This document shows, piece by piece, positions 54,296-64,000 of a DNA stretch of 64,000 nucleotides. The notes under the pieces are model-generated. The model had not been told where the DNA came from, did not search any database, and saw only the letters and a list, made by a program, of their open reading frames with translations. The DNA lies in NCBI GenBank assembly GCA_036676985.1, contig JAKFBU010000004.1:64001-128000 (forward strand), given 5' to 3'. Made by a program: the position numbers and the translations under genes. Source of the stretch: Candidatus Sericytochromatia bacterium (lineage in GTDB: Bacteria > Cyanobacteriota > Sericytochromatia > S15B-MN24 > UBA4093). Position 1 is the first letter of the stretch. Every line of letters begins with the position of its first letter.

Positions 54296-55456
54296 CTAGC
54301 GGACCTGGATGTCGCCGCTCACGCTCGAGAAGGTGAGCGGCGCGGTGCCGCCCGCGAGCTTGCCCTTGGCATGCCGCTTGCCGAGGATGGCGTCCTCCAG
54401 GCCGAGGCTCAGCTGCAGGTCGCCGCTGCGGGTCGAGGCGTCCACGTAGCCCGACGAGCCCGGCTGGAGCTGGACCTTGAGGTCGCCCGAGGTGCTGTTG
54501 GCCGTGATGGCCGAGCTGGTCTCGGCGCGCAGCTCGATGTCGCCGCTGATGGTCTTGAGGCGCAGCTCGGCCGAGAGGCGGCCGCTCACCTCGATGTCGC
54601 CGCTCACCGTCGAGAGGTCGCCCGACACCACGCCCTCGCGCAGCTGCAGGTCGCCCGACACGGTCTTCATGTCGAACTTGCCCTGGGCCTCGCTGACGCT
54701 GATGTCGCCCGAGACCGTGTTGAGGACGAGGTCGCCCGAGGCACTCTGGACCCGCAGGTCGCCCGAGATGGTCTTGATCCGGCCGAAGCCCTTGAACTGC
54801 AGGCCCTCGAGGTGGACGTCACCGCTCACGTTGGAGACCAGCGGCAGCAGGTGGCGGGGCACCCGGCATTCGAAGTCGTAACGATGGCGCTGGAAGAAGC
54901 CCAGGGCCTTGTTGCCCGACAGCAGGGTGGGGGCTTCGAGGCGCAGCTGGCCGCCCTCGCGGATCAGGGTCGCCTGGTGGTTGGCGAAGTAGGTCGCCGC
55001 CGCCTCCCGGCTCTCCCCGGGGATGCTGGCCGTCACCTGGATCTGGACGTTGGAGCGGTCCTCGCCGATGAGCCGGACCGTGCCGTGGACGTTGTGGACG
55101 TCCAGGGTGGTGACGTCCGCGACGTCATCCCACGTGAGCGCTTGCTCGAAGCTGTAGGTGGGCTGCAGGTGGCTCTCGAGGAGGCCCAGGCCCTGGTTGA
55201 GGAAGCCCGAGAGGACCTCGACCGCACGGCCCACGCCCTTGCCGATCTTGGGCAAGTGCTCGCTGGCGACCTGCTCGGGGATCTGGTCGAACATCTGGCC
55301 CATCTTGTCGAGCACGGGGCCGACCTGGCTCGCCATCTCGCGGACGGGCTCGGGGCGGGCGGACTTGTTGAGGGCTTCGAGCAGGCTCGCGGCCTCGGTG
55401 GCGGTGATCTTGCCCTGCTCGAGCATGGTCAGGACCTTCATGCGTTCATCAGTCAC
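54296..55456 (-). CDS. DUF4097 (adhesin-like beta-strand repeat) protein with SHOCT-like N-terminus
   Basis: ERMKVLTMLEQGKITATEA; repeated TVSGD/TISGD. Confidence 0.85.
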   Translation of the reverse strand: MTDERMKVLTMLEQGKITATEAASLLEALNKSARPEPVREMASQVGPVLDKMGQMFDQIPEQVASEHLPKIGKGVGRAVEVLSGFLNQGLGLLESHLQPTYSFEQALTWDDVADVTTLDVHNVHGTVRLIGEDRSNVQIQVTASIPGESREAAATYFANHQATLIREGGQLRLEAPTLLSGNKALGFFQRHRYDFECRVPRHLLPLVSNVSGDVHLEGLQFKGFGRIKTISGDLRVQSASGDLVLNTVSGDISVSEAQGKFDMKTVSGDLQLREGVVSGDLSTVSGDIEVSGRLSAELRLKTISGDIELRAETSSAITANSTSGDLKVQLQPGSSGYVDASTRSGDLQLSLGLEDAILGKRHAKGKLAGGTAPLTFSSVSGDIQVR

Positions 55457-55832
55457 GGTTCAATTCCTCCAGGCGTGCGATCGCTTCGGATGCGCTGAGT
55501 TCGCCCCGCTCCAGGGCCGCGAGGACGTCCGCGCGGCTGGGGCTGGGGGCAGAGGGAAGCTGGGTGGCGCGGCCGAGGGCCTCGATGGTGGCTTCGAGCC
55601 GGTTGCGGACGGTGGGATAGCTGATGCCCATGACCTTCTCGACCTCGCGGATGTTGCCGCGGCAGGTGAGGAAGACCTGGACGAACTCCTGCATCTCGCT
55701 GGAGAGCTGCGCCAGGGGCGGGAGGCCGAACCGGCCGCGCACGTGCGTGGCGCACGCGGGACAGGCCAGCTCCACGACCTGGAGCGACTCGGGGCAGACG
55801 GGACAGCGGGACGGGTATTGGTTTAATTTCAT
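55449..55832 (-). CDS. DUF2089-family protein (Zn ribbon + HTH)
   Basis: CPVC..CPAC, RGNIREVEKVMGISYPTVRNRL. Confidence 0.88.
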   Translation of the reverse strand: MKLNQYPSRCPVCPESLQVVELACPACATHVRGRFGLPPLAQLSSEMQEFVQVFLTCRGNIREVEKVMGISYPTVRNRLEATIEALGRATQLPSAPSPSRADVLAALERGELSASEAIARLEELNRD

Positions 55833-56054
55833 ACTTGAAAATCTAAAGCATGAAATTGAAAAAGTAAATACCCGGTTTTCGGTTTCCCGCTTCCTCTGTC
55901 GTGCGACCTGGTCGTCGGGCGTGGGGCGCCCGCGAGACGCGGATTTGCGAACGAGCTTGCGTACGAAAGCCCCGTGGACGCTGCCTTCCATCTCCTTTAG
56001 ACTGGAAGTTTTTGGAGGAGACGAGTGGTTTCAAGGATTCGAGCGGGCGTCTCG

Positions 56055-56963
56055 ATGCCGATTCTGCAGCTGGTGCTCGCGACCGCCTTCTGGGGATGCC
56101 TGTTCTCAGTCGGCAAGCTGGTTTCGCCCTTTCTGCCCCCCTTCGCCCTGACGTTCGCCCGCTACGGGCTGGCGGCGCTCCTCCTCTTACCCTTCGCGTG
56201 GCGGGAGTTCGGCCGGGTCGATCGGCAGGACGTGCCTCGCCTGGTCGTCGTGGGCCTTCTGAGCAGCCTGTTCTTCAACGCCTTCTTGTTCTTCGGTCTC
56301 AAGTTCGCCCCGGCGGGCGACGCCGTCCTGGCGCCGGCGATCGTGCCCATCCTCACGACGGCCCTGGGCGCCCTCTTCCTGCGCGAGCGCCCGTCGGGCG
56401 CCAAGGTGGCCTCGCTCGCGGTCTCGGTGGTGGGCGTGGTGCTCGTCTTCTCGGCCGCCATGCAGGGGGAGGCCGGTCCGAGCCGGCTGGTGGGCGATGT
56501 CTTGAACTTCGGCGCCGCCCTGTGCTGGAGCGGGTACCTTATCCTCTGCGCTCCCCTGGGGCTTCGCTACTCGCCGCTCTTGCTCACGAGCGTGACGTGC
56601 CTTGCGGGCACCATCGGGGGCCTGCCGTTCGCCGTCTGGGAGGGTGGGCTCGGGCGCTTCCTGGCCTTGCCCGCGGTGGCGTGGCTGGAGGTCCTCTACA
56701 TCGCGGTGATGGGCAGCGTGGGGGCCTTTTTGCTCTGGAGCCGCGGCAGCCAGGCCGTGGGACCGGCGCGCGCCGCCACCTTCATGAACCTGGTGCCGAT
56801 CTTCGGGCTCTTGAGCTCGATCGTGCTCCTGAAGGAGCGCCTGGGGCTCCAGCAGTTGTTCGGCATCGCGCTCGTGCTGCTCGGCGTCTGGGGGGCGACT
56901 TTCGCCTCGCGCGCGGCCCTGAGCGGCATGCGGGTGGGGGAGCCCGCGATCGCCGGACGCTGA
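56055..56963 (+). CDS. DMT/EamA-family transporter
   Basis: About ten TM segments; two EamA halves; FMNLVPIFG..LLKE. Confidence 0.88.
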   Translation: MPILQLVLATAFWGCLFSVGKLVSPFLPPFALTFARYGLAALLLLPFAWREFGRVDRQDVPRLVVVGLLSSLFFNAFLFFGLKFAPAGDAVLAPAIVPILTTALGALFLRERPSGAKVASLAVSVVGVVLVFSAAMQGEAGPSRLVGDVLNFGAALCWSGYLILCAPLGLRYSPLLLTSVTCLAGTIGGLPFAVWEGGLGRFLALPAVAWLEVLYIAVMGSVGAFLLWSRGSQAVGPARAATFMNLVPIFGLLSSIVLLKERLGLQQLFGIALVLLGVWGATFASRAALSGMRVGEPAIAGR

Positions 56964-56984
56964 CCTCAGAACCCATTCTTGAAT

Positions 56985-57016
56985 CGCTAAAGAGGCCGTC
57001 TGCGGCCTCTTTAGCG
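56985..57016. terminator. Hairpin after the DMT gene
   Basis: CGCTAAAGAGGCCG-tctg-CGGCCTCTTTAGCG. Confidence 0.55.
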
Positions 57017-57083
57017 CTGTGTTGACGTAATAACAATTAAGCGTTTACATGACAAAGCTTTCGCTTGATTGAGGAGGACGTCA

Positions 57084-57440
57084 ATGAATCGCTTATGTAT
57101 CGTGGGGCGTGTCATCGCCGATCCGGAGCTGCGCACCGTCGGGGAGAAGCTGGTGGCCATGGTCCCCGTGTCCGTCAACCGCCCCTACAAGAAGAAGGAT
57201 GCCCAGTACCCGGAGTCGGACGTGTTTCGCGTCGAGGTCTGGGGCAACCGGGGTGAGTCGCTCTGCAACCATGTGGTCAAGGGCAGCCACATCTGGGCGA
57301 CGGGCCGCCTGGAGATGCGGAAGATCGAGGGCGGCGGCTGCTACGTGGACGTGCGCGACGGAGACTGGGGCTTTGCGGGGGCCAAGCCCGCGGATGCCAC
57401 GGCTGCCGAGGAGGAGGCGCCCGTCGCTCTACCTTTCTAA
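57084..57440 (+). CDS. ssb: Single-stranded DNA-binding protein (short)
   Basis: MNRLCIVGRVIADPELR, VEVWG, KGS..ATGRL, acidic tail ending LPF. Confidence 0.85.
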   Translation: MNRLCIVGRVIADPELRTVGEKLVAMVPVSVNRPYKKKDAQYPESDVFRVEVWGNRGESLCNHVVKGSHIWATGRLEMRKIEGGGCYVDVRDGDWGFAGAKPADATAAEEEAPVALPF

Positions 57441-58160
57441 GGAACGCTCGGGTGCCATGCCCCTCAAGTAATTGGACTTCGCCCCCTCTTGCTCGCCTGG
57501 AGTGGGGCGATCCGATGCCGAGGTGTCAGTTTGGTTCGTCCCGTAAAAGACGACGATGGCCATCGTCCCTTGTCTGCCGGTGGCTGAGAGCCGATAATGC
57601 CGACCATCGGGCAGGCGCGTGTAGCCGATGGCGCCGAAGTCCTGGATGAGGCGGGGCGGTTCGAGCTCCCCCTCGCCCAGCACCCGCCCTTGTTGTTTGA
57701 CGACGGCAGGGTCGTAGGTCGCCGGTATATCCGATTTGGTGGCCTGCTGGGTGTCCCAGGCGGTCCGCGGGTATCCGGACATGTAGGCAGGAAAGATCTC
57801 GCGCAGGGCAGCCGGATAGCGTCCGCCATGGTCCAAGGCATACTGCTCGACGGCCATCTGGAGGTTGTGAGCGTTGGCTTGGGTCGCGCTGTTACGCTCG
57901 CGACCGTGGCCTTGGTTCATGAGGCCCGGGAGCGCGGCGGTTAAGCCAAAGAGCCAGGCTGCAACGGCCAGGAACCAGATCGCTGCCGGCAGCCGAATGG
58001 GCGGTTGTGCCTGGCCAAAGCGGGCGATGGGGGCGAGGCTGCGGCATGCGAGCAGAAAGAGGTTCCAAAGCATGACGAGGGCGACGCAGCCACCGAACCC
58101 GATCACCGCGAGCGCCACGATCGCTGTCACGAGTAGTTCCAGGAGGGTGAGCCACTCCAT
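57429..58160 (-). CDS. Membrane protein with GspG/pilin-like domain
   Basis: TM helices then [21 protein letters not shown]; atypical codon usage. Confidence 0.6.
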   Translation of the reverse strand: MEWLTLLELLVTAIVALAVIGFGGCVALVMLWNLFLLACRSLAPIARFGQAQPPIRLPAAIWFLAVAAWLFGLTAALPGLMNQGHGRERNSATQANAHNLQMAVEQYALDHGGRYPAALREIFPAYMSGYPRTAWDTQQATKSDIPATYDPAVVKQQGRVLGEGELEPPRLIQDFGAIGYTRLPDGRHYRLSATGRQGTMAIVVFYGTNQTDTSASDRPTPGEQEGAKSNYLRGMAPERSLER

Positions 58161-58282
58161 TGTTTACCTCTCGCCAATCCTCGTCCCCGCAGCGGGTATC
58201 CGCGGGCCGAGGATTCCTTCCCCGGAGCCGGGCGGGTTAAACGCCGGGACAGCGTGTGGCGGTCAGGGCCTGCCGGGAGCCG

Positions 58283-58310
58283 AAAAAGCCCCCAGGCAGT
58301 GCCTGGGGGC
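58283..58310 (-). terminator. rpoD terminator
   Basis: AGCCCCCAGGCA-c-TGCCTGGGGGCTTTTT on the minus strand. Confidence 0.8.
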
Positions 58311-58324
58311 TCGATCCGAAAGGC

Positions 58325-59365
<1,041 letters not shown>

Positions 59366-59401
59366 CTCCGTTGGGCCACCCCCTCGTGAGGGTGGGTAGG
59401 G

Positions 59402-61231
59402 CTAGCCCACTTCCTTGGTTGGTAACATGCTGCCACTGCGCGATCTTACTTGTTCTTTTCGAGCAAGCGCATGTAATAGTTGACGTAAAAGTTCGTCGAT
59501 TTCGTCCTGGGGAGCTCCCGCGCGGTTGGCCTCGTCGAAGAGTTCCTTGTACGTCTCGTGCTCCTGGTTCCAGAAGCTGATCGCGACGGTGTCGATGATG
59601 GACGCCGCTGCGATCGCCACGTCATGCCACTTTTCGGGGTTCGAGCCGAAGGCGAGGCGGGAAATGAACCTCCGTTCTTGTTCCCCGGTGAACTCCGTAA
59701 GTAACGCTTCCCAATTCAATTCTTTGTCGCTCGGCCAGGCCTCGATCGCCTCTCTCAGCCATTGACAGTCCTCAGCGGCGAACGGAATGCCCGCCAATTG
59801 GTCCATCACGGCCGCTCGAGCCACGTTATGTTCCACCATCAGGATCAACAGGTCCTCTTCGGCCTGACGGAAACCGTCACGTTTCGCGGCTTGGGAGGGG
59901 CGGGTCCTGCGGGGTGCTATATTATGCCGGAACTCTCGGTCAATTTCCAGTGAAAGGGCGCTCCGGCTGACCTTGAGGCGCTTGGCCAGGGCCGAGCAGA
60001 GCTCCTCGCGCAGGACCTTGCTCGAAACCCGGGTGAGGATGACCTTGCAGGCCTTGACCGCTTCGTCCTTGCCCTCGGGCGTGTCGAGTCCGAACGCGAC
60101 CCCCTCGATGGCCCGATCCAGCTGGTACTGGATGAGGCTCTTGGCCTCGCCGACCAGGAGCTCGAAGGCCTCGGGCGGGTTGCGCTTGAGGAAGTCGTCC
60201 GGGTCCTTGCCGTCGGGGATGCGCAGGACGCGCACGTCGAGGGCGCTCGCGCCCGCGACCTCCTCGAGCGTCGCGATCCCGCGCTCGGTGGCGGCCTGGC
60301 CCGCACGGTCCGCGTCGTAGCTCACCACTACCCGCTTGGAGTAGCGCAAGAGGCTCTTGGCCTGGTGGGGCGTCAGCGCCGTGCCGAGCACGCCGACGGC
60401 CTCGGTGAAGCCGGCCCGGTGCGAGGCGATCACGTCCATGTACCCCTCCATGAGGATCACCCGGTCCTTGCGCTTGATGCCCTCCTTGGCGAGCGGCAAG
60501 GCGTAGAGGTGGCGTCCCTTGGTGTAGAGGGGCGTGTCCGGAGAGTTGAGGTACTTGGGCTCGTCGCCCTGGTGGATGGCGCGGGCGCCGAAGGCGATCA
60601 CCTGGCCGAGATCCGCCGTGATGGGGAACATGAGCCGGCCGCGGAAGTAGTCGTAGTAGCCGTTCCCCTCGCGGCGTTGGCGCACGAGACCGGCGTCGTC
60701 CTGGGCCTGGTGCGAGATCCGCTGGGCGTTGAGGTGCTTGTGCAGCGCGTCCCACTCGCGCGGGGCGTAGCCGAGCCCGAAGCGGGCGGCCAGCTCCGGC
60801 GTGACGCCGCGCGCCTCCAGGTAGGCCCGGGCCTCGGCTCCGATCGTGGGGTGGGCGAGCATGTCCTGGTAGAATTTCGCGGCGAGCTCGTAGGCATGGC
60901 GCAGGACGGCCCGCTCGTCGGCCGCCTGCCCGTCGGGCTCGGCCATGGGCACGCCGTAGCGGTCCGCGAGCTGCTTGAGCGCGTCGCGGAAGCCCAGGCC
61001 GTGCAGCTTCATGACGAAGGCGAAGACGTCGCCGCCCTCGCCGCAGCCGAAGCAGCGGAAGATCTTCTTCTCGACGTTGACGTTGAAGGAGGGCGTCTTC
61101 TCGCCGTGGAAGGGGCACAGGCCGGTGTAGTTGCGCCCCGAGCGCTTGAGCACGACCGACTCGCCGATCACCTCGAGGATGTCGGCGCGATCGCGCACCA
61201 ATTCTACCGGGTCCAGGCCGCCGAGTGTCAT
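59402..61231 (-). CDS. dnaG: DNA primase
   Basis: CPFH..CFGC Zn finger, KYLNSP, EGYMD, YDADRAG, KDPD. Confidence 0.97.
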   Translation of the reverse strand: MTLGGLDPVELVRDRADILEVIGESVVLKRSGRNYTGLCPFHGEKTPSFNVNVEKKIFRCFGCGEGGDVFAFVMKLHGLGFRDALKQLADRYGVPMAEPDGQAADERAVLRHAYELAAKFYQDMLAHPTIGAEARAYLEARGVTPELAARFGLGYAPREWDALHKHLNAQRISHQAQDDAGLVRQRREGNGYYDYFRGRLMFPITADLGQVIAFGARAIHQGDEPKYLNSPDTPLYTKGRHLYALPLAKEGIKRKDRVILMEGYMDVIASHRAGFTEAVGVLGTALTPHQAKSLLRYSKRVVVSYDADRAGQAATERGIATLEEVAGASALDVRVLRIPDGKDPDDFLKRNPPEAFELLVGEAKSLIQYQLDRAIEGVAFGLDTPEGKDEAVKACKVILTRVSSKVLREELCSALAKRLKVSRSALSLEIDREFRHNIAPRRTRPSQAAKRDGFRQAEEDLLILMVEHNVARAAVMDQLAGIPFAAEDCQWLREAIEAWPSDKELNWEALLTEFTGEQERRFISRLAFGSNPEKWHDVAIAAASIIDTVAISFWNQEHETYKELFDEANRAGAPQDEIDELLRQLLHALARKEQVRSRSGSMLPTKEVG

Positions 61232-61235
61232 AGGA

Positions 61236-62300
61236 TTAGAGGAGCGAGCCGTTGGTCTTGCCGAAGATGGTCCAGGGCTTGGGAATGAAGATGTCCTCGT
61301 AGACTCGGATGGCGTAACGGTCGGTCATGCCCGCGACGTAGTCGACCACGTGCTGGGTGTGCTGGGCGGCATCGTACTTGTCGCCCCACACCTCCTGCAT
61401 CCGGGCGGGGTGCTCCATGAAGTGGGTGAAGAGATCCGTCACCAGGCGGCGGGCCTTGCTCTCCTCGGCCTTGGCCTCGGATCCCAGGTACACCTTCTGG
61501 AACATGAAGATGCGCAGCTCGGTCTGCGTGTCCCACATGGCGGGACTCATCTGGATCGTGTCCTGGTTCCAGCTGGAGACGACCAGATCCTGGATCATGG
61601 CGCCGATCCGCTGGGCGTGGGTCGGGCCGAGGGCGCGGTAGCGCTCGGGCAGGTCGTCGAAGGTGAGGATCCCCGCCCGGATGGCGTCGTCCACGTCGTG
61701 GTTGAGGTAGGCCACGCGGTCCGCGATCTTGACGATCTGGCCCTCGAGCGTGACGGGGGTCTGGACGCCCGTGTGCCAGCGGATGCCGTCGCGCACCTCC
61801 GCGGTCAGGTTGAGGTCCATGAGGACGTCCGCGACCCGCAGGCTCTGCGCGTTGTGCTGGAAGCCGCCGGGCACGCAGCGCGCGAGGGCATGCTCGCCCG
61901 TGTGGCCGAAGGCGGGGTGGCCCAGGTCGTGGCCCATGCAGATGGCCTCGATCAGGTCCTCGTTGAGGCGCAGGGCGCGGCCGATGGAGCGCGAGACCTG
62001 GGAGACCTCGAGCGTGTGCGTCAGGCGCGTCCGGTAGTGGTCGCCGTCGGGCGAGATGAAGACCTGCGTCTTGTGCTTGAGGCGGCGGAACGCCTTGCAG
62101 TGGACGATCCGGTCGCGATCGCGCTGGAAGTTGGAACGGTACTGGCAGGGCTCTTCGGGCCGCTGCCGTCCGCGCGTCAGGGCGGACTTGGCGGCCTTGG
62201 GCGACAGGTAGGCCTCCTCGAAGGCCTCCTGCTGCTCGCGCATGAAGATGGGCGGGATCGGCGACACGGACGGTTCGATCATGGGCAGCTCTTCTAGCAT
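61236..62300 (-). CDS. dgt: dGTP triphosphohydrolase-like HD protein
   Basis: FQRDRDRI, RTRLTH, HDLGHPAFGH, DYVAGMTD. Confidence 0.93.
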   Translation of the reverse strand: MLEELPMIEPSVSPIPPIFMREQQEAFEEAYLSPKAAKSALTRGRQRPEEPCQYRSNFQRDRDRIVHCKAFRRLKHKTQVFISPDGDHYRTRLTHTLEVSQVSRSIGRALRLNEDLIEAICMGHDLGHPAFGHTGEHALARCVPGGFQHNAQSLRVADVLMDLNLTAEVRDGIRWHTGVQTPVTLEGQIVKIADRVAYLNHDVDDAIRAGILTFDDLPERYRALGPTHAQRIGAMIQDLVVSSWNQDTIQMSPAMWDTQTELRIFMFQKVYLGSEAKAEESKARRLVTDLFTHFMEHPARMQEVWGDKYDAAQHTQHVVDYVAGMTDRYAIRVYEDIFIPKPWTIFGKTNGSLL

Positions 62301-62474
62301 CGAAACGGGGCGCTCAGGCAGTCGGGAGCACCGGACGGCCCCATTGTCCCACCATGCCTGCCACAGGGCAAGTTATAGCCCCTCCGGTCCGCGATCTTGC
62401 CAAGGCCTCGTATACGCCGAACCGGGCCAGGCATGCGCCTGACCCGGTCCGGATCCAAAGGGGGTATGGCACGT

Positions 62475-63767
62475 CTAGTGCAGCGGTCCTGTTCCCTGCA
62501 GGGTGCCCGTTCCCTGCGGCAAGGGGCCGACGAGCACGCTCGAGGCGCTCTTGTCGTCGAACTGGCCCTCCGTGCGGCTGATGACGCAGGCCGCGAGGCT
62601 GTTGCCGATGACGTTGACGACGGTGCGGCCCATGTCCATGAAGCGGTCCACGCCCGCGATGAGCGCGAGGCCCTCCACCGGCAGGCCCGTCGAGGAGAGG
62701 GTCGCGGCGAGCACCACGAAGGAGACGCCGGGCACGCCCGCGATGCCCTTGGAGGTGAGCATGAGGACGAGCACGATGGAGACCTGCTGCATCAAGGAGA
62801 GCTCGACGCCGTAGACCTGGGCGATGAAGGCGACCGCCAGGCCCTGGTAGAGGCTCGAGCCGTCCAGGTTGAAGGAGTAGCCCGTGGGCACGACGAAGGA
62901 GACGATCCCCTTGGGGCAGCCGAAGCGCTCCAGCTTCTGCATGAGGCGGGGCAGCACCGTCTCGCTCGAGGCGGTGGAGAAGGCGAGCACGAGCTCGGCG
63001 GTGAGCATGCGCACGAGCTTGACGAAGGGGATGCGGGCCAGGTAGGCGATGCCGCCCAGCACCACGACGATGAAGACGGCCATGGTGAGGTAGAGCGTGC
63101 CCACGAGCTTGCCGAGGGGGACGAGGACGCCCAGGCCGTACTGGCCGATGGTGGCGGCGACCAGGCCGAACACGCCGAGGGGCGCCACCTTCATGATGAG
63201 GTTGGTGAGGCGGAACATGGCGTCCGCCACCCCGTGCAGGAAGTCCACCACCGGGCGGCCCGCCGCACCCGCGCCGGCGAGCGCCACGCCGAAGAGCACC
63301 GAGAAGAAGATGATGGGCAACAGCTCGCCCTTGGCCGCCGAGTCGAGGATGTTGGTCGGGATGATGTGCAGGAGGATCTCGACGACGTCCTGGGGAGCGC
63401 TCGTGTACTTGGAAACGTCGGTCTTGGCGAGGCCCTCGATGGCCACGCCCACGCCGGGCTTGAAGAGGTTGGCGGCGCCCACGCCCATGACGATGGCGAT
63501 GGTGGTGACGACCTCGAAGTAGAGGATCGAGATGCCGCCCAGGCGGCCGACCCGTTTGATGTCGCCGACGCCCGCCACGCCCAGGATCACCGTCGAGAGG
63601 ACGATGGGCACGACGATCATCTTGATCATGCGGATGAAGGCGTCGCCCAGGGGCTTGGCGTCGACTCCCCAGGCGGGGAAGAAGTGCCCGAAGAGGGCGC
63701 CCAGGACGAGACCGATGAGGATCTGGACCGCGAGGCCCGGCATCTTGAGTTTCATGGCGGTCGTCAT
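62475..63767 (-). CDS. Cation:dicarboxylate/amino acid symporter (GltP/DctA family)
   Basis: FSTASSE, GYSFNLDG, SKGIAGVPG, DRFMDMGRT; AAGGAG RBS. Confidence 0.92.
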   Translation of the reverse strand: MTTAMKLKMPGLAVQILIGLVLGALFGHFFPAWGVDAKPLGDAFIRMIKMIVVPIVLSTVILGVAGVGDIKRVGRLGGISILYFEVVTTIAIVMGVGAANLFKPGVGVAIEGLAKTDVSKYTSAPQDVVEILLHIIPTNILDSAAKGELLPIIFFSVLFGVALAGAGAAGRPVVDFLHGVADAMFRLTNLIMKVAPLGVFGLVAATIGQYGLGVLVPLGKLVGTLYLTMAVFIVVVLGGIAYLARIPFVKLVRMLTAELVLAFSTASSETVLPRLMQKLERFGCPKGIVSFVVPTGYSFNLDGSSLYQGLAVAFIAQVYGVELSLMQQVSIVLVLMLTSKGIAGVPGVSFVVLAATLSSTGLPVEGLALIAGVDRFMDMGRTVVNVIGNSLAACVISRTEGQFDDKSASSVLVGPLPQGTGTLQGTGPLH

Positions 63768-63860
63768 TGACTCCTTGAAAGCGGCCCGAAACGGGCTCTT
63801 AGGGGATTCTGCCACATTACGGTCCGGCCGGGTCCTTGTCAACGCGGGGCCTCTGGTATC

Positions 63861-64000
63861 ATGAGGCGCATGCAGACCAACCCCTCTCTCGGACGTCCCA
63901 CCGATCTCCCCTGTCCCGCCTGCCGCACGCCCTTGCAGGCCCGCCCCTACCTCCGCACGCAGTCGCTCCCATGGTGCGAGGCCTGCGGCTGGAACGTTCA
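63861..64000 (+). CDS. Zn-ribbon protein (3' partial)
   Basis: Open frame to the window end encoding CPAC..WCEACGW. Confidence 0.45.
   Translation, partial: MRRMQTNPSLGRPTDLPCPACRTPLQARPYLRTQSLPWCEACGWNV

Overview
GC-rich bacterial chromosomal window, densely coding, with no rRNA, tRNA, CRISPR array or transposase recognised. Housekeeping genes: ligA, ftsH, htrA-like, xerD, a lone flhB, a complete F1Fo ATP synthase operon with both b and b', ssb, and dgt-dnaG-rpoD. Metabolic modules: porin plus PhnCDE-like ABC transporter, reductive pyrimidine catabolism (preA, class III aminotransferase, hydA) interrupted by nrfHA, a CpdB-like nucleotidase and a dicarboxylate/amino acid symporter. The centrepiece is a 12-gene bacterial microcompartment (BMC) operon at 27982-36245 (-) of the sugar-phosphate-utilisation type (rpiB, deoC, aldehyde dehydrogenase, 1 BMC-H, 2 BMC-T, 3 BMC-P). 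It has unusual parts: DeoC fused to an encapsulation-like peptide and a flavoprotein-like domain, a degenerate PduS, a Cys-less PduT-like shell protein, and an embedded GNAT plus double Zn-ribbon pair, with no phosphotransacylase or alcohol dehydrogenase in the window. Also noted: two distant paralogues of an unrecognised family rich in T-x-x-L motifs, a stand-alone MshEN-repeat protein, an all-CxxCH NrfA, and three families of intergenic palindromic elements. The b/b' pair, short RpoD and outer-membrane barrels suggest a diderm, possibly a non-photosynthetic relative of Cyanobacteria (inference only). All family calls are from motif recognition by eye, not database searches.
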